From the NCBI GenBank assembly GCA_051362555.1, contig CM120641.1, positions 992,001-1,056,000 of the forward strand: a stretch of 64,000 nucleotides of DNA. Reading direction: 5' to 3'. The position numbers and the translations under genes are program-made. Of the stretch, positions 40,021 to 49,517 are shown in pieces; positions within the stretch are counted from its first letter, which is position 1, and the number at the start of each line of letters is the position of its first letter. The notes below the pieces were generated by a model that was given only the letters and a program-made list of their open reading frames with translations, did no database searches and was not told the DNA's origin. Source of the stretch: Lingula anatina. Its lineage: Eukaryota > Animalia > Brachiopoda.

Positions 40021-42423
40021 CTAACCATCTGGGCCCCTTTTCTCCAGGTATAAAAGCCGTGCGTTATCCCTGGTCTGGCGCAACACTTCTCGCCATCGCT
40101 CTCCCCGGATCTCCGCCACTAACTTGGCCACGTGACCAAGCAGAGCTGGGGTAGAACACTTGTTCCGTTGAATGTTGAAATACGGAGCATCCGTCTCCAG
40201 GAGTAGTCTTCTCAGGGGCAAGGTTCGTAACATGTCATGCGCCTTGGCATTGACAGGCCCCTCGTGTTCTGCGAAGCGTCCCGTGACGCCGAAGTAGGTG
40301 TTCGGATAATAGCGAACAAAAGCCCGCACCATATCCGGGGAACCTAAAAAGCAATGACAATGGATTAGCTGTCGAGTCCCCACGCCCACAGCTCTCAGTT
40401 TGTCCAGTATGATATGCCAGACCGCGTCGTCGGCATCTGTGCTGGTGCTTAAGCCTCTCCCGTGGAGGACTAGCACATGGGTTGGCTCCAGGAAATGAAG
40501 AGCAGCCTCCAGGTTGGTCAGTTGATCCTCCCACCTGGACGGCATCACTGACATGTCCAGCCCGACCTCCCCCAGTGCCGTGACTGAGGGGTGGTTGATT
40601 ATGGACTGGAACTTAGCCCACTCCGTTGATGTGCAATAATGCCTAGGGTGCATTCCCACAGAAATGACCCCGCCTTCGTTTTTAATGGCCTCCATCTCAC
40701 CCTCCGTGGGGTAAGTATTCGGATCACAATAGATCGCCGTGAATCCATCGATCACCACAGGTTCCACCGTGGGAACGGCTGCTTGGATCTCTCTCAAACC
40801 AGCTCTGGCGTCCAGGGATAGTTTGGTCCGAGTCCGGTCAATATGGCAGTGGGAATCGTACCCCACTGGCGACTGAGGCAGCATCTGCAACTCCTCAGGC
40901 GATGGGCTAAACAACGAGCGGAATTCCTCCTGCCCCTGGATCAAGGTCATCAGATCCAGCAACACCTCCCATCTCAACAACTGGGGTATACGGCTGGACG
41001 TTCCAAGCCGCATATGCGCTCTAAGGGCATCTATGCCCACTTGATCAACAGGGCCACCCCTGTCCTCTACACTGGCAGCATCCAGTAAAATCTCTAGGGT
41101 CAGGTGAGACCCCACAATTCTCTTCTTTAGGTAATGAAGAGCTGCCACTCTCCGCTCCGTGATCCCTGGTGCGGAGCTCAATTCCGGATGAAAGATAAGA
41201 GGCAGATGCTCCTTGAAAGCATGCTCCTCCGACATTGGCTGGCCGCAGCCTGCCAAACAATACTTAGGCCGTGCCTCACAAGGGTGTTCTACTCTTTTCC
41301 ACGAGGACTGCCCCTGATGTGTACTCCCTTGTCTCCTATGAGGAGAACAAGAACTGTCACTTCCATATCGGCGCCGTGGCCTTTTGGCGGGAGGGTGAGT
41401 GGGCCTACCCCCTCTCTTGGAATATCCTCTTGCTGCGGGAGGAGCCATCAGTGCAGCTCGATAACTCCCCGGAGCCTCACTAGGGTACCGTGACCCTCCT
41501 GCTCGCTCCTGTGATCTCGGGTTCCGTGAACCCGTTAGTGGGTGTGGCGGGGGCCTCTTTGGTCTAGCACCCCTTTGTGCACCCCCTCCTCTAACAGGAC
41601 TACGCCCACGAGATTCCTTCCGCCTTGACTCCTTGACTTGCCACTGGAATTCTGGGCCTTCTGATCCTGACCCATGGTCAGTGGACTCAGAGACCCGTGC
41701 CCCTGATCCTTCCGTCACTGCCACAGAGTCTCCTGACTCTGACTCCATACGCTCCGGAGGCCGTGCTCTGGATTCAAGGCTTTCCAAGCCTGCCTCAACA
41801 CACATAGGCTCCGTGACCCTTGACTCTGACTCACCACCGGTTCCCAATTCTCTTGGATCGGTCACCGGCGGCACTTCTTGGGGAACCCGTGATTCCCCCG
41901 GTTGCTCCAACTGCGCTTCAGAGCTCCGTGGCTCTGTCTGCTCACTCCACAGCCCAGAGTCCTTAAACTCTGCCTGTGTCTCTAAGGGCGGAGTATCCAA
42001 CACCCGCTCTTCAGCCGGGCTGTCACCCCCTGCCTGCCCCTCCAAGACGGCCTCGTCAACCTCCATCGATTGACCCACATACGACGTATGCTGCACAATA
42101 GTTGGGTCCGTGCCCAATCTTATATCACGAGCGGGCCCCGTGGGCTCAGCTCGCACAGCCTGCCTGCCAGATGGAACCTGTGCCACGTTGTCACAGATCC
42201 ATGCGTGGGGGCGGAATTGCTTTTTCCTCCACTTCTCCATAGCTTTGTGCCGTGCCAAAGCTACTTGGCGCAATACTAAGCTGCTGGCTTGCCCCAGGCA
42301 GTCCTTAGGCGCCATCGCCACTCGATCTACCAACTCATCCATCTTCTGAATTGGCCATATCCGTCCCTCTGCCGTGCAGATTTCTATGTCCACCACCAAG
42401 TCCTTCCACTTTCTGCTGTCCAT
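40021..42423 (-). CDS. Gypsy ORF3 (env position), 800 aa: novel N-terminal domain, disordered acidic then basic linker, CxxxC..H..H motif, C-terminal TatD-family nuclease (~40040-40865)
   Basis: TatD motifs in order: YDSHCHID, SVGMHP, ALGEVGLD, VLVLHGR, IHCHCFLG, YFGVTG, LLLETDAPY, and a terminal TRDNARLLY helix. The ORF is uninterrupted and lies inside the LTRs. Confidence 0.9.
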   Translation of the reverse strand: MDSRKWKDLVVDIEICTAEGRIWPIQKMDELVDRVAMAPKDCLGQASSLVLRQVALARHKAMEKWRKKQFRPHAWICDNVAQVPSGRQAVRAEPTGPARDIRLGTDPTIVQHTSYVGQSMEVDEAVLEGQAGGDSPAEERVLDTPPLETQAEFKDSGLWSEQTEPRSSEAQLEQPGESRVPQEVPPVTDPRELGTGGESESRVTEPMCVEAGLESLESRARPPERMESESGDSVAVTEGSGARVSESTDHGSGSEGPEFQWQVKESRRKESRGRSPVRGGGAQRGARPKRPPPHPLTGSRNPRSQERAGGSRYPSEAPGSYRAALMAPPAARGYSKRGGRPTHPPAKRPRRRYGSDSSCSPHRRQGSTHQGQSSWKRVEHPCEARPKYCLAGCGQPMSEEHAFKEHLPLIFHPELSSAPGITERRVAALHYLKKRIVGSHLTLEILLDAASVEDRGGPVDQVGIDALRAHMRLGTSSRIPQLLRWEVLLDLMTLIQGQEEFRSLFSPSPEELQMLPQSPVGYDSHCHIDRTRTKLSLDARAGLREIQAAVPTVEPVVIDGFTAIYCDPNTYPTEGEMEAIKNEGGVISVGMHPRHYCTSTEWAKFQSIINHPSVTALGEVGLDMSVMPSRWEDQLTNLEAALHFLEPTHVLVLHGRGLSTSTDADDAVWHIILDKLRAVGVGTRQLIHCHCFLGSPDMVRAFVRYYPNTYFGVTGRFAEHEGPVNAKAHDMLRTLPLRRLLLETDAPYFNIQRNKCSTPALLGHVAKLVAEIRGERWREVLRQTRDNARLLYLEKRGPDG

Positions 42424-42470
42424 CTAGAAATAGAATGAAACAATTAAGTGCACATTCCATCTCATAGCTC

Positions 42471-43763
42471 TTAAGCTCTGCGTATACAGTCTTGACATTT
42501 ATATTTATTAATGCTTAAGGCATCCGTGGCCGTCACATTAACACATGACCCGTGATACCACTCCCCGCAGTAATCACATTGCAGCATAAATCTACCCTGC
42601 CAGGGTTGACGGCAACTGCAATATACTCGGTCATCGCCCCTCGCCGTGGAGTCGGGCACTGGATTCTTCCTCCAATGTTGTATCCACTGGGGCACCTCCT
42701 TGTCTCGACAAGGCTTCAACCTGTCGTGGTTGGTCACAAAGACTGCATTCCGCACCTTAACGCGGAACAGGTTTGAACTGAGCCGTGCTACAATTAAACC
42801 TGGCCCCCTCCATGGTGGGCACAATTTCTTACACTTCCCCTTTGCTGCCACAGTATCCAGCACATACACTGTATCTCCCACAGCATACGGTCGTTCAAGT
42901 ATCCTTAAGTCATAGTCCCTCTTCATTCTTTTAGAGGCTACTCGCAGTTTACCCCGAGCCGTCTCGTGGGCTTCCATCAGATCAGCTGCCAACCGTGCGG
43001 CATAGCTATCTGAATCTTCAAAATTGATGCTCCTCCGTGGGAACATTAAACCTGCAGGTGCGTTCGCCTCCCTCCCCAACATTAACCTGTTGGGAGTGTA
43101 CCCCGTCATCCGGTTTACAGATGCCCTAAGTGCCCCGGCAATCTGTTGTAGACGCAAGTCCCAGCCGTTCGGGGCCTTCTCCGTGAAGCAGCGCACCGCA
43201 TCCATGAGAGTGCGGTTATAGCGCTCTACCTGGCCATTGCTGGCCGGCCGGTACGGCGTAGTACGGGCCTTGTGAATCTCGAGCACAGAACACACTTCAG
43301 TGAACAGCTTAGATTCGAAATTCCTCCCCTGGTCCGTGAAAATCTCCAAAGGGACTCCAAACCTGGAGAAAAATTGATCTATCGCGGCCCGTGCCGTCTC
43401 CTCCGCTGACTGTGATGGTAAGGGGATACATTCGACCCATTTCGTAAATTGGTCGACCATCATGAGTATGTACTCATTTCCCCTGGCAGTCTTCGGCAAC
43501 GGTCCCAAGAAATCTAAGTGCACCCTCTCCATAGGCGCACCTGCCTGGAATTGTGTCAGAGGCACTTTTCCCTGCCTTGCAGATTTCTTATTCTGGTTAC
43601 ACCGGGTGCACCCAGAAACGAAGTTTTCTGTCGCTCTTCCCATCCCGTACCAATAGAATCCCTCCTTGAGCCGATCCTTGGTTCTTTTCGCTCCCTGATG
43701 GCCTGATGATGGCAGACAATGATGTAGTCGGATGGCTTCCTGTTGCCATGCCATGGGTAGCAC
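42471..43763 (-). CDS. Gypsy integrase with C-terminal PHD finger (42486-42626)
   Basis: HHCC (HH..PSSGH...CTRC), DDE core (HLDFLGPLP, TDQGRNFES, NGQVERYNR), GPY/F-like WRGP, then VYCSCRQPWQGRFMLQCDYCGEWYHGSCVNV...YKCQDC (C4HC3). Confidence 0.93.
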   Translation of the reverse strand: MLPMAWQQEAIRLHHCLPSSGHQGAKRTKDRLKEGFYWYGMGRATENFVSGCTRCNQNKKSARQGKVPLTQFQAGAPMERVHLDFLGPLPKTARGNEYILMMVDQFTKWVECIPLPSQSAEETARAAIDQFFSRFGVPLEIFTDQGRNFESKLFTEVCSVLEIHKARTTPYRPASNGQVERYNRTLMDAVRCFTEKAPNGWDLRLQQIAGALRASVNRMTGYTPNRLMLGREANAPAGLMFPRRSINFEDSDSYAARLAADLMEAHETARGKLRVASKRMKRDYDLRILERPYAVGDTVYVLDTVAAKGKCKKLCPPWRGPGLIVARLSSNLFRVKVRNAVFVTNHDRLKPCRDKEVPQWIQHWRKNPVPDSTARGDDRVYCSCRQPWQGRFMLQCDYCGEWYHGSCVNVTATDALSINKYKCQDCIRRA

Positions 43764-46700
43764 TAACTTTTTATCCTCAGTCTCTGATCACACCTGTATA
43801 GCAGACCCTCTATGATGATAAACAAATCCCTATCCAGCCAATAGGATTTTAAGGCCTGGCTGCCTAGGAATAAGGTAGACTGATCAGGTAGCTTACCACT
43901 TTCCAAGCTCTCCCTGATCACACTCAGGTCTGCATCCGCCTCCTGTGCTGCATGGACCTCCTCCACCGAATAACCCCAACTGGTGAGTCGTGAAGACCCG
44001 TGGTCCTTCACCTTGACCTCACCCTCTGCTTTTCCCTCTTGAAGTGTGGATTCCTTATCACACTCCACCGTGGGAGGTTCTTCCTCAGGAGTTATCGGCG
44101 CGTCGCCTGTATCTTTATGCCCGTGGCCACGTGCACGTCTCCGAGTAGTAACTGGAGCTACTCGAGGTGTTTCCCCTTGACCCCAGGGAATCTGATCTAA
44201 TACCGTCTGTAAGACCTGGAACTCTAGCGTATCCGTGATACACTCTTCCTCTCTGCATACCTCACCGAACACCGTGTGTTCAGAGTACACATTCACTGGA
44301 TCCACCGTTACTGAGCGAACCGTCTTGCCATCGTTGTTTTGCTGACCTTCTGAAATTTCAACGCTGTGGATATCCTCTGTATCCCGGTACGCACCCTGTG
44401 CTAGCGGAATAACATCATCCACTTCCTCCTCGAAACCCACCCAATTCTCGTGGGCCCGCCTGCAATACCCGCATCCACCACATGGTAGAGCATCCAGCCG
44501 CCCCCTGGTGCCTGCTTTGCACTGCCCCATGTGAGTCGCTCTAGACAGCGTGTCCGCATTCCCATGTTTGCGCCCGGCGCGATGAGACAACACCATGTCG
44601 TACTGTGAGAGCTCTTCCAGCCATCTCGCCAGCTGACCCTGCGGCTCCCGAAATTTCATCAGCCATCTTAAACTCGAATGGTCAGTCCTAATAGTAAATG
44701 GTTTCCCCAATAAATAGTACCTGAACTGTCGGGTGAATCGTACCACCGCCAAGAGTTCCTTACGTGTCGTACAATACCTCCTCTGTTCCCTGGTTAATCC
44801 ATAGCTACCGTAAGCTATCACTTTCTCCTGGCCATCTTGTACTTAAATAAGCTCTGCTCCTATAGCAAAGTCACTTGCGTCTGTATCTAAAATGAACTCT
44901 CCGTCCACCGTGGGAACAGAAAGAACTGGGGGAGATGTTAATGCCCCCTTTAATGCCATAAAAGCCCGTGCTTGTTCCTCACCCCACTCGTAACTCTTTC
45001 CAGTTACAGTGTACAGGGGTGCAGCTATCTCACTGAAGTTTTTAATAAAGGCTTGATGGTAATTAGCCAAGCCCATGAATTTCTCCACATCTTTGGCACA
45101 TGTTGGTGTAGGCCAGTCCGTGACAGCCTTAACGTCATGATCAGACATGGAGAGCGTCTCCCCTGTCACTATCCGTCCGAGAAATTCAATCTCCTTCTTA
45201 AAGAAGGTGCATTTCTTTGGCTTAAGCTTCAGCTCGTAGCTGCGGAACCTCTCAAGGGCGTCCCTTAGGTTCTGTAAATGCGCATCAAAAGTAGTACCGA
45301 GTACCACTATGTCATCTAGAAATTCCAGCACAGTTTTCCAGGACATTCCACGGAAAACTAAGTTCATTATCCGAGCATAGGTCGCGGGCGCCCCGCACAG
45401 ACCAAATGCCATAAATGCTCATAGAGACCATATTTCGTAATGAAAGCTGTCTTTTTCCGATCCTCTTCACGTATGGGCACCTGCCAATACGCAGAGTTGG
45501 CGTCTAACTTAGAAAAATACACATTACCCGACAAGGTATCCAAACAGTCATCGACTAAGGGTAATGGGAACACGTCCTTAGTGGTCATGGCATTCAACGC
45601 ACGGTAATCGATACACCACCTCACAGAGCCATCTTTCTTCCGTATTAACACTGGCGCCGGCGCCCAGTCGGAAGTTGACTCCTGAATCACTCCTGCCTTC
45701 AACATCTTCTGTAAATGGGCTTCCTCCTCGCCCACAAAGCACCGTGGCGTTCGCCGCATTCTCTGCTTTATCGGAAGAGCAGTACCGGTGTCTATCGTGA
45801 AGTTTCCTAAATCAAATTCATCTCTAGCAAACACATCTTGATACTCCGTGAGTAATCTCGCTAGCTGAACCTTCTGCTGATCGTCTAATTCTGCACTGGA
45901 TTCCTCATACACCTGCTTTAAATGAGAAGGCACGCGTCGCGCCTCATCATTGACCTCGTCATCGGTCCGTGCCGTGACTGACTGCACTGCTGGTGGTATG
46001 CAGTGAATGACCTCCGCCCCAGGTGACCTGCCACCCTCCCCTTGGTTACTAGGGAAACATAACGGATCCCCCAGGGGCTCCCCAGACGTTATAATACCCG
46101 CATAGGTAAAAGCCCGCCCCACTTCAGTACCCTTACGCAGTAGTCTGTGCCTCTCACTAGGATTTATGAGGACCATGATGGGTTCAGACCCCCCATTACG
46201 AATAACCCTGGGAGCAAGGAACTTACCAGTACCCCCCACCTTTGGCTCTATTACATAACTAGGAAGATCTACATCTAACTTACAGGCCACCCTGGCAGCG
46301 GAGTAAGGGGGTATCACCTGGCGCCGTGCGACAGTGACCCTGGCCATCTGAGGTGTTCCCTTATCTGAATTAGCGTCTAATGTCAGATACATGCCGTCAA
46401 ACTGCATCACTCCTCTGCCGACATCCACTACTGCCTGCCCTAAGTCCTTCATAATGTCCATTCCCAGCAGCATATCTTGTTCAATGGGGGCTACGTATAG
46501 CCTCACAGCATACCACTTATGTCCAATCTTTAACTTAACAGGGCCTGCTGTAAACCCCTGCATCACCATTTCCCGTCCAGCGGCTAAAAGCTGTACTGAA
46601 TTCAACCTCTTAGGTTGTTTCTTAAGACTGTTGTAAATGCGGTCTGAAAGTATCGTAACTTGAGCCGCAGTGTCCACTACAGCATTCACAGCAATGTTTC

Positions 46701-47045
46701 CCACTTTCATCTGAAGTGAATAATCCGCCACTGTTCCGATTTGTCGCACCACTACCATGGGAGCAGGAACCGTGCCCTCTATTCCCCCTGTGGTAGCCTC
46801 GTCTGCCCTGGTTGTTAATTCAACGTGACCCATATCACGGTTGGGCTTGTCTTGGACTAGTGCTGCCCCCTGTCGAGTTATACTGATTGCACACCCTGTA
46901 CCTCCGTGGGTACAGTGCACTTAATATCCGAAACTGCTGACTCCTCTGGTACCCTGAGTTTCTTAATGGGCTTATTTATAACATCTGGGCCTATGAATCG
47001 CTGGATCGAGGGTTGGCCTCCGGCCTCGACCCGGTGGAGTTTCCC
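43763..47045 (-). pseudogene. Gypsy pol (protease, RT, RNase H), interrupted by frameshifts and one in-frame stop
   Basis: Protease VVDTAAQVTI; RT RWCIDYRALN, LDANSAYWQ, KTAF, FLDD; RNase H DTDASDFAIGA, ELLAVV, TDHSSL, NADTLSR. Breaks at ~46880-46920, ~45410, TAA at 44843-44845, and ~43770. Confidence 0.92.
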
Positions 47046-49036
47046 ACCTGCGGGCACTCCCTTGCAATGTGCCCTTGCCGATTGCACTTATAACACAGCA
47101 CCGAGTTTCCAGTGCTGCCCCGTCCCCAGCTCCGCTGGTTTCCGGGTGCGGCTCCGTGGCCGTAACCGGTAGATGACCTCCTACTCAGCTCCTGGCGGAC
47201 ATCTTTCAACGCCTTCTCCATTTCCTTGATGGTATCCCTCATCTGTTCCAGCTCTGGAATGTTACCCTCTGCTGCAGGCGTCACTTGGTTGGCTCGCTTG
47301 GCTCCCGGGCGCAATTTCTTTCCCGCATTCTCCATAGTCACTCGCATTTCCCTATGCATCTTAGCCAGCTGCATCGCTTCCCTTAAGGTGGCTGGCTGGC
47401 GCATATAAATTGATTGACCTGCCTCTGAATCAATCATGCCCGCGCAGAACCGACTTACAGCCTCCGACTCCACGAATGTCCTAGGTAACTGAGCATACGC
47501 TTCAGAAGTCAGACGTAGCACCCTGACTCCCCATTCATCCACCGTTTCCGTCTCGTCTTGAGTAGCGTTATGTAGCTGCGACCGAACCGTAGCCGGTGTG
47601 TCCGTTTCTCCGTAACAGGTCTCTAATTCCTCCATGAGACCTTCATATGAGGGCTTACCTAGCCTGCGTGCGACGTTCACACAACAGTCTAGGGCCTTAC
47701 CCTTCAGGCAGAGGCATAGTGCATCCAGGGACATGTCGCGATCCCAATCCTCCCTCTCTGCCTGTCGTAAGAAAAGCAACTTAAAAGCAGCCCAACTTCC
47801 ATGTCCGTTAAAAGTTAAGCTCTTAGGAGGATTGACCTTCCTCCTCTCCATTGAGTCTTGTTCTGCCCCTAGCTCCGTGAGCCGTGCAGTCCTCCTCGAG
47901 GCCGCGCCCCGTTTCAATATAGGAGAGCCCTGGAATACAGGGTGTTCGTCCTGGCTACCTCCCTCCACTGGGGTGCTATGATACACAGAGTGCCCTGAAT
48001 TCGATCCATTTCCCACCACTGGAGATCCGTGATCCCCAGGGTGTACGACTGGAGAGCTGTGACTTCCAGGGTGTTGTACTGAGAATCCGTGATTCCCAGG
48101 GTACATGGCTGGAGAGCTGTGATTTCCAGGGTGCGGTACTGAGAATCCGTGATCCCCAGGGTGCATGGCTGGAGAGCTGTTATTTCCAGGGTGTAGTACT
48201 GAGAATCCGTGATTCCCAGGGTGCATGACTGGGGGACTGACACCAGGTGCCATTGGAGGGCTATGATTCCCAGGGTAACCCGAATAGCTGCCACCACCCC
48301 CCGGGCCAACAGCATACCCCTCCCCCCGGACATCCCCGGACATAGGAGTTTCCCTTACAACGCCCCCCCTTGGACTAGGTGTAAACAATTCAGGGGTGTA
48401 AACAGCCTTATCCTGTCTCCCGGGACCTAATGCTACCCCACCCCCCATGGGGCTAGGTGTATATGGAACATGAGGACCCCCCTGCTGAACCCCACTATTT
48501 ACATTCTTAACTACATTTTTACCTGGGCTCCGTTTAACAAGTTGAGGCAAATTCGCTCCCTCCAATCCACTGTCCTCGAATAACCTCTTCGGCACTGTGG
48601 CCTCCGAGTTACGATGTGCACTCATTTGACCCTCACAGCCTCCTAGCTGCCGCGTGCCACCTCCGTGAAGCGCACTTTCGCTATTGAAAGCGTTGCTCTC
48701 CTCCTGAGCAGAAAATCCGAAGAACAGTCCTGAAAGAAACCGGAAAAATCTCCATAGCCAGTTTCCAGATCCTCCTTTCTCCTGTCCTCTCCTTTCCGTG
48801 AGTGAAACAGCCGTGCTGCCCACACCCAAGCGCTGATTCGGCTCAAAGTCCACCATATCCAGCGTACGAGGAGCCAGTCTGCAGCACAAAGCACTTTCCA
48901 CTTGCCGCACATCTAAATTTCCAAATTGTTCCCTCAGTTCGGCTATTTTAAACACTTGGTCTTCCGTGAGACCTGGAGTCCGCATTAACTCATTTACGTT
49001 TGCATAGTTTATGAAATTCCTAGCGTGCGTCGCCAT
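46991..49036 (-). CDS. Gypsy Gag: HhH-like N-terminus, decapeptide repeats, capsid-like region, CCHC zinc knuckle
   Basis: Open frame (first ATG at 49036, MATHARN). FNGHGSWAAFKLLF capsid-like start, and CYKCNRQGHIAREC knuckle. Confidence 0.9.
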   Translation of the reverse strand: MATHARNFINYANVNELMRTPGLTEDQVFKIAELREQFGNLDVRQVESALCCRLAPRTLDMVDFEPNQRLGVGSTAVSLTERRGQEKGGSGNWLWRFFRFLSGLFFGFSAQEESNAFNSESALHGGGTRQLGGCEGQMSAHRNSEATVPKRLFEDSGLEGANLPQLVKRSPGKNVVKNVNSGVQQGGPHVPYTPSPMGGGVALGPGRQDKAVYTPELFTPSPRGGVVRETPMSGDVRGEGYAVGPGGGGSYSGYPGNHSPPMAPGVSPPVMHPGNHGFSVLHPGNNSSPAMHPGDHGFSVPHPGNHSSPAMYPGNHGFSVQHPGSHSSPVVHPGDHGSPVVGNGSNSGHSVYHSTPVEGGSQDEHPVFQGSPILKRGAASRRTARLTELGAEQDSMERRKVNPPKSLTFNGHGSWAAFKLLFLRQAEREDWDRDMSLDALCLCLKGKALDCCVNVARRLGKPSYEGLMEELETCYGETDTPATVRSQLHNATQDETETVDEWGVRVLRLTSEAYAQLPRTFVESEAVSRFCAGMIDSEAGQSIYMRQPATLREAMQLAKMHREMRVTMENAGKKLRPGAKRANQVTPAAEGNIPELEQMRDTIKEMEKALKDVRQELSRRSSTGYGHGAAPGNQRSWGRGSTGNSVLCYKCNRQGHIARECPQVGNSTGSRPEANPRSSDS
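48011..48230 (-). repeat. 30-bp coding minisatellite in gag (7 x PG[ND]H..S..H decapeptide, alternating A/B = 60-bp period)
   Basis: CCAGGGT recurs every 30 bp from 48036 to 48216. Confidence 0.9.
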
Positions 49037-49280
49037 TTTGCTTTCTCCTTGACGCACGTGTCGCCGAAAATCCAAGAATACTCCTTAAAACTTGAAAGAA
49101 TTAACTCCAAAAACACACTAAAAACACTCACCAGTCCGTGCTGGGGTTTCCTCTTACAAATTGAATCACAACAATAACAAAAATGGTAGCGTACGTGCCC
49201 GAGTACAGAGTTCAGCTCCGTGGCTGAAAACTCTTCTGCAGAAAAATTCGTAATTTATTCTGCAAAATACGGCACAAATC

Positions 49281-49298
49281 CGACCCAGCTGCCACCAA
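49281..49298 (-). other. Primer-binding site, probably tRNA-Leu
   Basis: TGGTGGCAGC lies 1 nt inside the 5' LTR and is complementary to the ...GCTGCCA-CCA 3' end of tRNA-Leu(AAG/TAG). Confidence 0.7.
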
Positions 49299-49517
49299 TA
49301 TAGCACCAGGGCTATGTATAAGCGGGTCTAAATAAAGGAAAAGGGCTTACCTTAACTTGATGGCTTGCCGATTCCGTGATTTCTTGATTTTACTACTTCT
49401 CTCTCAATTGGCACTGCAGAGCGCCTTACGCGCCATGCTCTAACTTGTCACACTCTATAACACTGCGCATGCGCCGTGACACGCTTCCGGGTCATATAAT
49501 GACCCCTCGGCACTACA
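49299..49517 (-). repeat. 5' LTR of the Gypsy element
   Basis: Direct repeat of 39591-39809; followed on minus by the PBS. Confidence 0.95.

Larger units (their letters stand above)
39591..49517 (-). mobile_element. Structurally complete Ty3/Gypsy LTR retrotransposon (9.9 kb): gag, pol (PR-RT-RH-IN-PHD), ORF3 (TatD)
   Basis: 219-bp LTRs at 39591-39809 and 49299-49517, with 2 mismatches seen. TSD AATG (39587-39590 / 49518-49521). PBS and PPT present. PR-RT-RH-IN domain order. Confidence 0.97.

Noticed and set aside
40021-40865. TatD as a host TATDN gene or bacterial contamination
   Set aside because: Intronless, fused to a retroelement-specific N-terminus, and enclosed by paired LTRs with TSD, PBS and PPT.
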